A DNA stretch of 64,000 bases. Origin: an uncultured Chloroflexia bacterium (lineage in GTDB: Bacteria > Chloroflexota > Anaerolineae > Anaerolineales > UBA4823). The notes beneath the pieces were generated by a model. The model saw only the letters and a list, made by a program, of their open reading frames with translations. It searched no databases and was not told the origin of the DNA. The stretch is from contig CAVOSB010000026.1 in assembly GCA_963698765.1 (NCBI GenBank), positions 10,833 to 74,832 on the forward strand, in the 5' to 3' direction. Positions 33,922 through 45,056 of the stretch are shown in pieces (within the stretch, counting starts at the first letter, position 1; the number at the start of each line of letters is the position of its first letter). Made by a program: the position numbers and the translations under genes.

Positions 33922-34909
33922 ATGATGAAAAAGATCCGCTGGGGATTGCTATCCACCGCACGCATCAACCACCACCTGATACCAATTATACGGACATCGA
34001 AGCGCGGCCAGCTGGCTGCAGTCGCCAGCCGTGACCAGCAAACAGCCCAGGATTACGCAAGGCGCTGGGATATCCCGCTGGCGTTCGGCTCGTACCAGGC
34101 AATGCTCGATGCGGGAGAAATCGATGCAGTCTATATCGGCCTGCCCAACCACCTGCACGCCGAATGGAGCATCAAGGCAATGCAGGCAGGGCTGCACGTT
34201 TTATGTGAGAAACCCTTTGCCATCAGCCTGCAGGATGTGGATGCGATGATCGCTGCCAGCCAGAAGAACCAGCGCGTGCTGGCAGAAGCGTTGATGTACC
34301 GCCATCACCCACAGACCCTGCTTGTTAAGGAACTGCTCCAATCGAATAAGCTGGGCGTTATCAACCAGGTGCGCGGCAAATTCTCTTTTCGGCTGGATGC
34401 CACTGAGGACGTGCGGCTAATGCTTGAATACGGCGGCGGGAGCCTGTGGGACGTGGGAGGTTATCCGGTCAGCTACGCCCAGTTCGTCTTCGGCTCCGCG
34501 CCGATAGAAGTATTCGGGATGCAGGAAGTCGGGAAAACCAGCGTCGACTTAACCTTCAGCGGCATACTGCGCTACGCTTCCGGGAAGATGGCGCAGATCT
34601 CCAGCTCAATCCTCACACCTTACCACCAGGCTATCGAAATCACCGGTTCCGAGGGGACCCTGGAGCTTAACCGCCCCTTCAACCAGATAAATGAAGAATT
34701 CGCGGATGTTCTTCACGCCTAACGAGGGTGCTCAAGAAAGAATCCGCGCACCGAAGAAGGAGCTATATGCCGGCGAAGTCGAAGACATGCATGCAGCCAT
34801 CCTGGACGGTGCGCAGCAGCTGGTGAGCCTGGAAGAGACTCGCAACCACGTGCGAACGGTGCTGGCGCTGTTTGAATCGGCCAGGACGGGAAAGCCGGTG
34901 CATTTGTAA
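33922..34909 (+). CDS. Gfo/Idh/MocA family oxidoreductase (frameshift near 34700)
   Basis: IRWGLLSTARI, LPNHLH, HVLCEKP, GGGSLWDVGGY. Confidence 0.9.
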
Positions 34910-34976
34910 TCGAGATCCGCGATCGTTGTAACCGAGATCGGCGATCTCGGCTGCAGGTTCGACGATCTCGGCTACA
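34905..34976. repeat. TGTA...TACA REP-like palindromic cluster
   Basis: TGTAACCGAGATCG-G-CGATCTCGGCTGCA plus partial copies (CGATCTCGGCTACA). Confidence 0.7.
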
Positions 34977-34986
34977 GAAGAGGAAG

Positions 34987-35903
34987 ATGCACAGCCACCA
35001 CAACCCGTACACTGAAAAACGCCTGGTAATTGCGATCCTGATCACCGGTTTCATCTTCCTGGCAGAGCTGCTGGGAGGCTACTGGACAGGCAGCCTGGCG
35101 TTGATGTCCGACGCAGCTCATGTCTTCCTGGATGTCTTCGCACTGCTGCTCAGCTACCTGGCACTGCGGGTCTCAGCCCGCCCAGCTGATGAGCGGCACA
35201 CCTTCGGCTATCACCGCGTGGAGGTACTGGCAGCCCTGGCGAACGGGGTGACGCTGATCGTGGTGGCGGGCTACATCCTGTGGGAAGCCGTGCAGCGCTG
35301 GATCGATCCTGAACCCGTAAAATCCGTGCCGATGTTGGTGATCGCAGTGGTCGGACTGGCAGCCAATGTCTATGTAGCTCTGACCTTGCGCGGTGAAAGC
35401 CACCGGCACGGGCCTGCCACCCACCGCCACGAAGACCTGAATATGCGCTCTGCTTTCCTGCACGTGGTGGGTGACGCGCTGTCTTCGGTGGGTGTGATCG
35501 CAGCGGCAGGGTTGATTTATTTGACCGGCATGACCTGGTTCGACCCACTTATCAGCGTGCTGATCGGCCTGATGATCCTCTTGGGATCGGGACGCCTGGT
35601 GACCGCGCCCTGCATATCCTGATCGAAGGCACGCCGGAAGGCATAAAAGTGAGCGATATCGGGCAGGCGCTGGCAGAAGTCCCTGGCGTGCACGAGGTGC
35701 ACGACCTGCACGTGTGGAGCCTGTGCTCGGGGCAGATATCACTCAGCGCACATATCGTGATGGATCGCGATGCCAGGATGGGTCAGGGGTTGATGCTGAT
35801 GGAAATGAACCGGCGGTTGAACGAGCGCTTCGGCATCGAGCACACCACCCTGCAGATCGAGCCGGGGCATCCCAGCCAGGTTCAGCTGATCGTGCCGAAT
35901 TGA
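34987..35903 (+). CDS. Cation diffusion facilitator (CzcD/ZitB family), frameshifted
   Basis: SLALMSDAAH, TFGYHRVEVL, NMRSAFLHVVGD, VHDLHVW, HTTLQIE. Confidence 0.92.
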
Positions 35904-35949
35904 CAGCGAAAAGTTCCTTATAGCTCAGGTATACAAGGATGAACTGGCT

Positions 35950-35984
35950 TAGAAGCTGAACTTTTGGAAAAAGTTCAGCTTCTA
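35950..35984. repeat. REP-like hairpin family A (variant)
   Basis: TAGAAGCTGAACTTTT-GGA-AAAAGTTCAGCTTCTA between convergent genes. Confidence 0.9.
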
Positions 35985-35994
35985 AGTTATTGGT

Positions 35995-36960
35995 TTACTT
36001 CACGGTCCAGGTGGTTTCCCACGAATCAAGTACTAAGAAATCGCCGGTTATCTGAAATTGCACAGTCCCGGGTATCACTGGCAGCGGCTCAGTACGATCC
36101 ACAGGCTGTCCAAGTGTGACCGCGGTCATGATTCCGCCGGGTTCCTGACCGCATATGGTTTCAAATTCGCTGACTGGCGCCTCAGGAATTATGTTCAGGC
36201 AGATGAGCTGTGCACCGTGCCACTCGGCATTCTTTCCCCTCAGCTCCAATTGAAGCGATTTCATTGCATCGGGCGGCGCTCCGCTTTCATTAATCGACAG
36301 GCTGGCAGATTGCAGCTGTACCAGCAAATCCCCAAACTTTACCTGCGCCTGGATAGGCCAGCTATCGCCCACAGAGTGCCCAACCAGGTCGATGACCAGG
36401 GGGTTATCAGCTGGCAAGCCGGTCAGGGAGTATTCCAGCTGCAGCGATAATTCCTCCACGCCGGCGTTTAGCGCAGCGAATTCTGCTTCTGCCAGGCCAG
36501 GCTGCAGTCTGGTGGTACTCTGCAATGGAATTTCGCCACCATCCTGGTCGAACAACCGCGCGTCGTATATCTCTCCATAAGGCCTTGGCCTGACCAAAAT
36601 GCCTGGATGAAAATAAAAGCCGACCTGTACACGGGTGTTAATTGCACTCCTGAACACATCAATTATATACGGCTCTAAAAGCGGGGACTCGCTGTCATCG
36701 ATCACGCCGGTAGGGACTTGCGTATGCGTTGGGACCTGGGTCAGGGTTCGCTGCGGAGAATTGGTGATAGCCCCGGTCTCGCCTGGAGTAGCCGTCAGCA
36801 GCCTGAGCATATGAGGCGTCGCAAATATGGCAGCAGGAAGAGACGGCAGGCCGACGGGTGAGATGGCAGGCTCAGGCAAAGCCCGTCCAGCCTGGCAGGC
36901 GGTGACTGCAACCAGGGCCAGTGCAGCTAAATGAAGTTGAATTCCGTAAAGTTTAATCAA
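35995..36960 (-). CDS. Hypothetical lipoprotein
   Basis: Hydrophobic leader ending VTAC, Thr/Pro linker; putative TTG start overlaps the upstream stop. Confidence 0.55.
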   Translation of the reverse strand: MIKLYGIQLHLAALALVAVTACQAGRALPEPAISPVGLPSLPAAIFATPHMLRLLTATPGETGAITNSPQRTLTQVPTHTQVPTGVIDDSESPLLEPYIIDVFRSAINTRVQVGFYFHPGILVRPRPYGEIYDARLFDQDGGEIPLQSTTRLQPGLAEAEFAALNAGVEELSLQLEYSLTGLPADNPLVIDLVGHSVGDSWPIQAQVKFGDLLVQLQSASLSINESGAPPDAMKSLQLELRGKNAEWHGAQLICLNIIPEAPVSEFETICGQEPGGIMTAVTLGQPVDRTEPLPVIPGTVQFQITGDFLVLDSWETTWTVK

Positions 36961-38826
36961 TTTGTGAGAGCAGCAGCCTCGCCAGCGACTGCCGCGACAG
37001 CAGGTCGGCGCTGACCATCCCCTGGACACAGCCCCCTTCCACCACCGGCATGGCTGAGATGCCGTGCCCTTCCAGCTTGCGGACCAGCTCGAGAATCGTA
37101 TCAGCCGGAGCGGCGGATACCACCTGGCTGCTCATGATCGTATCCAGGCAGTCTTGCAGCGCGGCTCCACGGGCCGCAGCCTGCGTGACATCCCAATCGG
37201 TGAGCACGCCCACCAGCTCTCCGCCCTGCGAGAGAACTGCCAGGATCGGGCTGCTGCTTTCCACCAACAGGCCGGCGGCTGCGCGCACGGTTTGGGTCAC
37301 GGAAATGGTCGGCATGTCTTCCATCAAATCCGCAGCGGTGCGGCCGGCTTCATGCCGGACAACGCGTTGGATGCTGATATGTTCGGCCGCTTCGCAGGGC
37401 AGCATATCGGCGTCGGATACCAGTAAATCGACCAGCTCGCGCATGTTGCGGCGGATCACCTGCTCGCAGGTAATTCTCCGCAGCCGTGCAGCGCCGCTGT
37501 GAAAGCTCATCGAGCTCGCTGGCATGCTCAGCCAGCCAGGCGTCCACCGCAGGGTGATCTCCAAGCAGATGGCCCGGGATGCGCAGGTGCGCTGGAGTGC
37601 GGATCAGGTGCTCCTGGGAAGCGTAGATGACTCCACCTGAATTCACCAGGTAATCTGTGGCAATCAGCACGCCGCGCTCCCGGTAAACCTGCCGCTCCAT
37701 GCGCTGGCGGGCGGTTTTACGCGCCCGGTCAGGCGAATAGGTGTTGGCGCCTTCTATGATCACCGCCCACTTTCCCATTTCCGCAACCGTGACAGCTGGC
37801 TGGCTGCCCTCGTCCACATCCAGGTAATTGGCTACCGGTGAAGCCGGAACCAGGCAGAAGCACGATTCTCGCAGCAGGTCGTTGGGCGCGCTGGAATACT
37901 TGGTGTGCGATACTCCCCACTGGCCCTGGAGCAGGTGCTCGATGAAGTAATCGCGCGTCACCAGGCCGCGCTCCTGCCACAGGCGGAACAGGCGCTCGAC
38001 TGGCAACCCCTGGGGATCAAAGAGGCTGCCCAATGCATCGCTGATGCCCAGCACCTGCGCGCCAGCTACCCGTTCGCACAGCATGCGTGAAGCGTGCGCG
38101 CCGACTGCCCCATAACCCTGGATGACGACCGTTATGCCGTCCGAGCCCGGCATTTCCAGGTTGGCAAACTGCGGCAAGACCTTCAGCCGTGGCATCTCCT
38201 CCAGCAAAGCCTGCAAGGCGATCACCAGGCCGGCGGCGGCCGCCCCCAGCTGGTCGATCTGAACTGCCGCCCATCTCACCGGGCTTGGAAAGGGCATTGT
38301 CCAGGCCGTTCTCGATGGCAATTGTCTTCATATCCGCGTCGTTAGTTCCCACATCCGGGCCGGGCAGGTAAACGGAATGATAGCGGTAAAGCAAGCGCGC
38401 AAACAGGCGCACCACTTCGGTGTGCTCGGCGGGTGTCAGGCTGCGTTCTGCCACGATGCCGGCTTTACCACCACCGTACGGCAGGTTGGCGGCGGCATTC
38501 TTGAGGGTCATGCCGCGCGCCAGGTTGTGAATCGTTTGCGGTGTGATGTCCGGCAGCATGCGGATGCCCCCCATCGCCGGCTGTCCCATGGCCAGGTTAT
38601 CGACGACCAGGTATCCGCCCACTTCCAGCAGAGAATTCTCGTCCCACATGCATACGACGCTGCGCGGTCCGAGATTATCGACCTCGATCCCCAGGCTGCG
38701 CAGGCTGTCGATATCCAGGGCTGAAAATTCAAAGTAGCAGCGCCCGGCGTCTTTAATGAGCCTCTTGTTCCACGCCAGCTCGGGAATGGCCTGTTGAAGG
38801 AAGGTGTGCATGCGTGTGGGGATCAT
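36953..38826 (-). CDS. Glu/Leu/Phe/Val dehydrogenase with C-terminal CBS pair (frameshifted twice)
   Basis: GGIRM, MTLKNAAANLPYGGGKAG, PGPDVGT, IQGYGAVG, EGAN, DYLVNSGGV, then VGVLTDWD and ISAMPVV CBS motifs. Confidence 0.85.
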
Positions 38827-38838
38827 GGCAACTCCAGT

Positions 38839-40110
38839 TTACTGTACACTGTGCAATTCACCCGCCGCTACAAACGCCAGACCCCCCTCCGTCAGCGCCC
38901 AGGCTGTGCGGTTGACGGAATCCCACTTGTCGATGAAGTTTTGTTCCAGGTTTTCCCAATCACCGGAGGCGATGACTTCGCTCTTGTCACGGAAATAATC
39001 CAGGATGTCGGAGGGATGCTGACGCTGCTCGTCGACTTCAGGATCGGCGCCTTCGTGCTTGGCGGAGATGTTGGCTACGTGGTCGGCGATCTCCACCAGC
39101 TCCTGCCGGCGGTTGTAGGGCTGGCGGACGATGCTCTTGTAGGTTTCGACGATGTGGTGCTCGAAGCGCACCACCTCTTCGAACCCCAGCTGCTTGCGAA
39201 ACTGGGCAGTCAATTCCATGGTCTCATTATTGATTGAATTGCTCCAATTGAATCCGATCAGCGGCGAGGTTCCATCGTCGCGCGAGAACAGCTTGGCACC
39301 CAACAGCGTCCATAAACCGGCATAGGGATTGTCGTTGCCCATGAAGACCGAGATCTTGAATTCGATATCGACACCCAGGCGGTAAAGCAGGTATCCGACC
39401 AGGACGGTGCCGGGGTTGATGTTCAGCACCTGGCGCACCCCGTAATTGGTGTAGTAATACAGGAATTCGTCGACCCATTTGAGAGGATAATGGTTGGGCT
39501 GCCCGATGCCGCCAAAATAGCCGGTGATGGTAGCCGGACCACCCAGGTGGACATTCGAGCCGTCGGTGCCCTTGGTGTCGAGGGTATCCACGTAGCTGGC
39601 GCCGATGATCTGCATGGCAGCGGCGATGGCAGGCAGGTCGCCGTCGGCTTCCTGTTCCTTCATCTTGCGGACCTTGATGAAGCGCCCCGGCATCAGCCTC
39701 CCTTCTGCGATCGAGCGTTTGGCGATCTCGATGATCCAGGGGAAATACTGGCAGGCGCTGATCTCCAGGGTGACGGCGAAATCATCGGCGAAGCGCATGG
39801 AGTCAGCCCTGTCTCCCATTACTTTCCGGCGGTAGGCGGGGATGGTGATGAACGCCTGGCGGTCGCGCTGCTGCTCGAGCCAGCGCAAATCCTGCAGGTA
39901 TTCCGGGTGGGCAGCCCTGACTTTTTCCAGCAGGTTGGGGAGCTGGCGGGCCTGCTCAGCCTTATGGTTGATCTCTTCAGGTGTGCCGTATTTTCCAACC
40001 ACTTCCAGGAGGTTGTTGATGACCTGCATGTCCGGATTGAGGAGAACGGCGTTGATGTCATCCAGGCGGTCGTAAGATATTTTCAGCAGCTGGCGTAGAT
40101 TCTCGTCCAT
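38839..40110 (-). CDS. Hypothetical 423-aa soluble protein
   Basis: Intact ORF with AAAGGAG RBS; no family motif recognised. Confidence 0.85.
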   Translation of the reverse strand: MDENLRQLLKISYDRLDDINAVLLNPDMQVINNLLEVVGKYGTPEEINHKAEQARQLPNLLEKVRAAHPEYLQDLRWLEQQRDRQAFITIPAYRRKVMGDRADSMRFADDFAVTLEISACQYFPWIIEIAKRSIAEGRLMPGRFIKVRKMKEQEADGDLPAIAAAMQIIGASYVDTLDTKGTDGSNVHLGGPATITGYFGGIGQPNHYPLKWVDEFLYYYTNYGVRQVLNINPGTVLVGYLLYRLGVDIEFKISVFMGNDNPYAGLWTLLGAKLFSRDDGTSPLIGFNWSNSINNETMELTAQFRKQLGFEEVVRFEHHIVETYKSIVRQPYNRRQELVEIADHVANISAKHEGADPEVDEQRQHPSDILDYFRDKSEVIASGDWENLEQNFIDKWDSVNRTAWALTEGGLAFVAAGELHSVQ

Positions 40111-40138
40111 TCATAAGCTCCTTTTTAGTTAAGAGAAC

Positions 40139-40315
40139 TGTACACGGATTACACGGATTGAACGGATTTACACGGATTCTTACTAATATTTTCAAGAAAA
40201 TGTCGAGAAGATAGTTTTGCACCAACCAAGCAATTTACGGAGCCAGGACTTTTTGTCAAAAAATTTATCCTGTTCTATCTGTTATTATCCGTTTGATCAG
40301 TTAAATCCGTGTACA
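40139..40315. repeat. MITE-like element with tandem ACACGGATT units in inverted arms
   Basis: TGTACACGGATT (x4 units) ... degenerate ATCCGT units ... AATCCGTGTACA; related arm at ~41236-41268. Confidence 0.7.
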
Positions 40316-40359
40316 AATTCTTTCTTCTCCGTTTAATACTTCAAATCAGTGTACCGGTT

Positions 40360-41220
40360 TTATTTCAGCAGGTCGAGCAGCTCGTCATATTCTTCGTCTT
40401 TCATGCCAAACCAGTTTTCCGGCTGCGGGAATGTCCCAGAAGTGACTTCCTGGACGTAGCCCTGCAGGCCGTTCAGGATCACTTCACCGGCATTTCCGAA
40501 CACTTTTGCCATGCGCGGCTTGAAGCGTGGGTACAGGCCAAACATGTCGTGATAGATGAGCAGCTGCCCGTGGGCATTTGGGCCTGATCCCAGGCTCATG
40601 ATCAGGCAGTCTACTGCGCGCTCGGTGATCAGCTTGCAGACGCGGTCGGGCACCATCTCGAACAGGATCATGCAGGCCCCGGCGTTTTCCAGCGACTTGG
40701 CTGAGTCGATAATTTTCTTGGCCTGTGCAGCGCCTTTTCCCTGCACTCGGAAACCACCCAGGGCGCTCAGGCTCTGCGGGGTCAACCCCAGGTGGCCAAT
40801 GGCCGGGATGCCGGAATGCACGATGCCTTCGATGCGGTCGGCCATCTCTGCGCCGCCTTCCAGCTTGATGGCATCGCAGGCTGCTTCTGCCATGAAGCGC
40901 CCGGCATTGCGGATAGCTGACTCCACACTGGGCTGGTAGCTCATGTAAGGCATATCGCCCACCAGGAACACGTTGGGGGCGCCGCGGCGCACGGCCTGGC
41001 TGTGGCGGATCATGTCTTCCATCGTGACGGGTAAGGTGGTCTCATAACCCAGCATAGTCATTCCAAGGCTGTCGCCCACCAGGATCATATCGATACCCGC
41101 CTGCTCCTGCAGGTAGGCGGTGGGGTAGTCGTAGCAGGTCAGCCAGGTGATGGGGATGCCGTCGGCGGCTTTCTTGAATAAGGTGGGGAGAGTGACTTTT
41201 TTGCGCGGTTCGCCAGACAT
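40360..41220 (-). CDS. panB: 3-methyl-2-oxobutanoate hydroxymethyltransferase
   Basis: LTCYDY, LVGDSLGM, GDMPYMSY, KLEGG, GHLGLTPQ, GQLLIYHD. Confidence 0.95.
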   Translation of the reverse strand: MSGEPRKKVTLPTLFKKAADGIPITWLTCYDYPTAYLQEQAGIDMILVGDSLGMTMLGYETTLPVTMEDMIRHSQAVRRGAPNVFLVGDMPYMSYQPSVESAIRNAGRFMAEAACDAIKLEGGAEMADRIEGIVHSGIPAIGHLGLTPQSLSALGGFRVQGKGAAQAKKIIDSAKSLENAGACMILFEMVPDRVCKLITERAVDCLIMSLGSGPNAHGQLLIYHDMFGLYPRFKPRMAKVFGNAGEVILNGLQGYVQEVTSGTFPQPENWFGMKDEEYDELLDLLK

Positions 41221-41607
41221 CAATTTCTCCTTTTTTGTATACGGATTTCATGGATGAACACGGATTTTTCTCAGATTTAATCCTTAGATTGTGGGTTTCT
41301 ATTCAGGTTAACTAGTAGAAACTTTTCGAAAGAGAAGACTCCCCGACCGGTGGAAAAAACAGCTCAGGTTTTGCGACTTTATTTTATTACAGATTACCCA
41401 CTTCGGACAACTGACGAAAGGCACTTTTTGAACAGGTAAAAACAACCTAACTAAGAGCAGCTAAGATATAATTTCGGAATAAACCTGCTTCCTCCGAACC
41501 TGATGTGAATTTCATATCCTGTGAAATTCTCGAGCCATCAATTATTCATTTCAATAACCAGTACATGCAGGCAGTGATGAATCTATTTTGTCACCAGCCA
41601 GGCTGAA

Positions 41608-42651
41608 ATGCTGCTGAGCGATTATCAACCGAAAAGCCAGCTTGTCACCGGGGTGACCCAGGTAAAAAGACCGCGTTTTTCGGCCATCGACGCGCACAAC
41701 CACCTTGGAGAGCTGTTCGGTGGGGGTTGGGACCGCAAGCCGCTCTCCCAGCTGCTGGACCTTTTAGATGAGGCAGGCGTGGTCGAGTACGTTGATTTAG
41801 ATGGAGGCTGGGGGGAAGAGGTCTTACACGAGCACCTTGATTATTTCAAATCCCGGGCACCCGAAAGGTTTCACATCTTCGGCGGGGTGGATTGGACCCA
41901 GTGGAGAATTTTGGGGGAGAAGTTTCCTGAATGGGCGGCAGACAGGCTCAGGATTCAACAGCAGCAAGGCGCCGAGGGATTGAAAATCTGGAAGGATTTT
42001 GGATTACTGGTCCAGGACCAGGAGGATAAACTGGTGAGCGTAGATGACCCACGGCTCATACAGCTGTGGGAAACGGCAGGAGAACTCAACCTTCCCGTTA
42101 TCATCCATGTCGCCGACCCGGTGGCATTCTTCAAACCACAGGATCAATTCAACGAACGCCTGGAGGAGCTCGAAGCGCATCCCGATTGGGCATTTGTCAG
42201 CCCGCCTTTCCCTTCATTCAACAGCATCCTGGAGGGACTAGCCAGCCTGGTGGCGCAGCATCAAAACACGATTTTTATCGGCGCACACGTGGGCTGCTAT
42301 GCGGAAAACCTGGCATGGGTGAGCTCGCTGCTCTAGCGCTGCCCAAATTTTTACGTGGATATCAGCGCCCGGATAGCTGAATTGGGACGGCAGCCCTATT
42401 CTGCCCGAAAATTCTTCTTGCAGCACGCCGACCGCATCCTGTTTGGCTCCGACATGGGACCGGACCTGGAAGCATACCGCATCATGTATCGTTTCCTGGA
42501 AACAGAAGATGAATACTTCAGCTACGACTCGCAGGAAAGACCTCGCCAGGGGAGGTGGAATATTTACGGCATTCACCTGTCCGAGGATGTATTGGAAAAG
42601 GTTTATTTTAAAAACGCAAAGAATATTCTGCAAAAGGAGAAGAAGAAATGA
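41608..42651 (+). CDS. Amidohydrolase family protein (in-frame TAG at 42334-42336)
   Basis: IDAHNH, IHVADP, GAHVG, RILFGSD; both ORF halves are in the same frame. Confidence 0.8.
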
Positions 42652-43996
42652 AGAAAAAGCTGGTGATCATAATTTTATTGGCCCTGATGATCAGCGCATG
42701 CGGCGGAGGCCAAACCGCTGAACCGGTCAGCACCGACATAGCGGAAATCGCAGGCCCGACGGCGGCTGAGGAAGTACCCCCGGCTGAGAAGGTCCAGATC
42801 CGCATGTGGACGCACCAGAACGATTCTTTCAACGCCGGCTACCAGGCGCTGGCAGAGGAGTACACGCTGGCGCACCCAAACGTGGAAATCCTGTTCGAGA
42901 CCTTCGACTATGATACCTACATCCAGAACTCTCCAGACGGCTTTGCCAGCCAAGACCGAAGCGGATATCCTGCAGATGTTCGGTTCATGGGTGTGTTCGT
43001 ATGCCGAAGGCGGAAACCTGGCGGAGATGCCCGCCGCCTTGATCACGCTGGATGACGCCAAAACAAAAATCCTGGGAGCACCTGTAGGCGGCTATATCTG
43101 CCAGGATAAACTGTACGGTATCCCTCAGGAATACAACATCGAATACGGTGCGGTGCTGCTGAATACCAGGATCGCCGAAGAAGTGGGAGCGACCAATTAC
43201 CTGGACGGCTGGGACGAATGGGACGAAGTCATCGAGGATGGAAAGAAAATGGCAATCATCCAGGACGGCGTGATGACGCGGGCTGGATTGAACTTCACCG
43301 GTTCGGACGGGATTGCGACCATGTTCCACTCCCTGTACCTGCAGTACGGCGGCCAGTATCTTAATGATGGGGTCTACACAGTCAACACGCCGGAAGGAGT
43401 TATGACCCTGGAGCTCATGAAAAGCCTGGTTGATGCAGGCCTGGTGGATCCAGTGCTGTTTACCGACGAGGAAAACTGGGTGGGTGACTCATTTTTTGCC
43501 GAGACCAGTGCGATGGGGCTGGTAGGTCCGTGGGCCATCCCGGAATACAGCGGAGATTACCCGGATGTGGCTGCGGTGACCATTTACCAGCCGCTGCCCA
43601 GCGTCGGCCTCCGATCCGGTCTTTGCGGCTGCATCCGGCTGGGGGCTGACAGTATCGAACAACAGCAAGGTACAGGAGGCAGCCTGGGATTTCGTAAAAT
43701 ACGTTACCCTGGAAGCGGACAATGCCGTGGCATTCAACCTGGCCTCCGGAACCCTGCCTGCCCTAAAGGAAAATATAAGCGGTACGAATGCAGACTCGCT
43801 GGTGGCTGAATTCCCGTATTTCAAGCCTTTCCTGGGCATCCTGGAATTTGGACAGTACGAGGGGCAGTTCCCCGACCGTGATTTCGCCTGGTACGAGGTC
43901 ACCTACCCGACCGTTTTGAATTTCCTGCAAGGCAATGCCAGCGTGGAAGAGACCCTGTCATCGATGGAAAGCGAAGTGCAGGGATCATTCAAGTAG
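42648..43996 (+). CDS. Sugar ABC transporter substrate-binding lipoprotein (frameshifted twice)
   Basis: Lipobox ISAC, HPNV.I, KLYGIP, AM..VGPW, AAWDFVKY. Confidence 0.85.
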
Positions 43997-44013
43997 AATT
44001 GGACTGAGGATAT

Positions 44014-44046
44014 GACCCTAAGGGTTTGAAGAACACCCTTAGGGTC
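44014..44046. repeat. Family B-like hairpin (GACCCTAAGGGT-N9-ACCCTTAGGGTC)
   Basis: 12-bp inverted repeat between the substrate-binding and permease genes. Confidence 0.8.
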
Positions 44047-44061
44047 TTTCCGGGGACGCCA

Positions 44062-45054
44062 ATGATAAAACTGGCAAGACCATCCTGGAGGAGTTTTTTC
44101 CGCGGCCGCGATTCAGCTGAAAAGAAATTCCTGGCAGGCACGATTTCTCCCCTGGTGTTGTACCTGGCATTCTGGACTCTGTTCCCCATGATCTGGGGTG
44201 TAGCCCTGGCATTCTTCGATTACAGCCCGCGCCGGATGGGCGGGTTCCTGGGATTCGGAGGGGATAATCCCTTCATCGGGGTCCAGCATTTCCAGAATAT
44301 GACCGATTTCTCAACCACGGCTGCTTTAGAAGTGCAGCAGTTCCACACTGCAGTCAAAATTACACTGATGTTCGCCGCGCTGGTTGTGCCGCTGAATTTA
44401 CTGCTCACGCTGCCATTAGCCTTTTTGATCGAATCGGTCCACGGTCGTGCCAAGGGCATCTTCCGCACCATATTCTTCCTGCCAGTGCTGGCGCCGTCGG
44501 TGGGCGTGGCAATCATGTGGGGATTCATATTCCATCCGCAGCGCGGCCTGCTGAATGCCATTATCGGCGAAATTAGCGGGAAGATGACCGGAATCGCCTG
44601 GCTGAGGGACCCCAGCCTGGAGCTGTGGGGCATACCAGCGGCATTGTTGGCGGTCGTGATAGCCTACCTGTGGCAGGACCTGGGCTACAACCTGGTCATT
44701 TTTATCGCTGCCCTGCAGGGCATCCCGCAAAGCATCAAGGATGCTGCGGTAATGGATGGCGCCAACTGGCTGCAAATGTTCGTCCGCATCATCATCCCGC
44801 TGTTGATGCCGACCATCCTGCTGGCAGCAGTCCTGACCATGATCTCGGCCTTCCAGGTCTTTGATATTATCCAGGTGATGACCGAGGGCGGACCCAATGA
44901 CCAGACCCAGGTATTGCTATTAAACATCTATAACTACGCATTCCGTTTCCAGAAGATGGGTTGGGCGGCAGCAGTCTCGATCGTGATGTTCCTGATGATT
45001 CTGAGTATCTCCCTGGTTCAGGCCCGCCTGTTGCGCAGCGAGTGGGAGTATTGA
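44062..45054 (+). CDS. Carbohydrate ABC transporter permease
   Basis: FRTIFFLP, EAA-like DAAVMDGA, FQVFD...TEGGP. Confidence 0.93.
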   Translation: MIKLARPSWRSFFRGRDSAEKKFLAGTISPLVLYLAFWTLFPMIWGVALAFFDYSPRRMGGFLGFGGDNPFIGVQHFQNMTDFSTTAALEVQQFHTAVKITLMFAALVVPLNLLLTLPLAFLIESVHGRAKGIFRTIFFLPVLAPSVGVAIMWGFIFHPQRGLLNAIIGEISGKMTGIAWLRDPSLELWGIPAALLAVVIAYLWQDLGYNLVIFIAALQGIPQSIKDAAVMDGANWLQMFVRIIIPLLMPTILLAAVLTMISAFQVFDIIQVMTEGGPNDQTQVLLLNIYNYAFRFQKMGWAAAVSIVMFLMILSISLVQARLLRSEWEY

Positions 45055-45056
45055 AC

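Noticed and set aside
40139..40180. CRISPR array
   Set aside because: The units are 9-10 bp tandem repeats without unique spacers, and no cas genes are present.
41270..41600. Riboswitch or pan-motif RNA upstream of panB
   Set aside because: No consensus could be matched by eye; an Rfam/Infernal scan would be needed.
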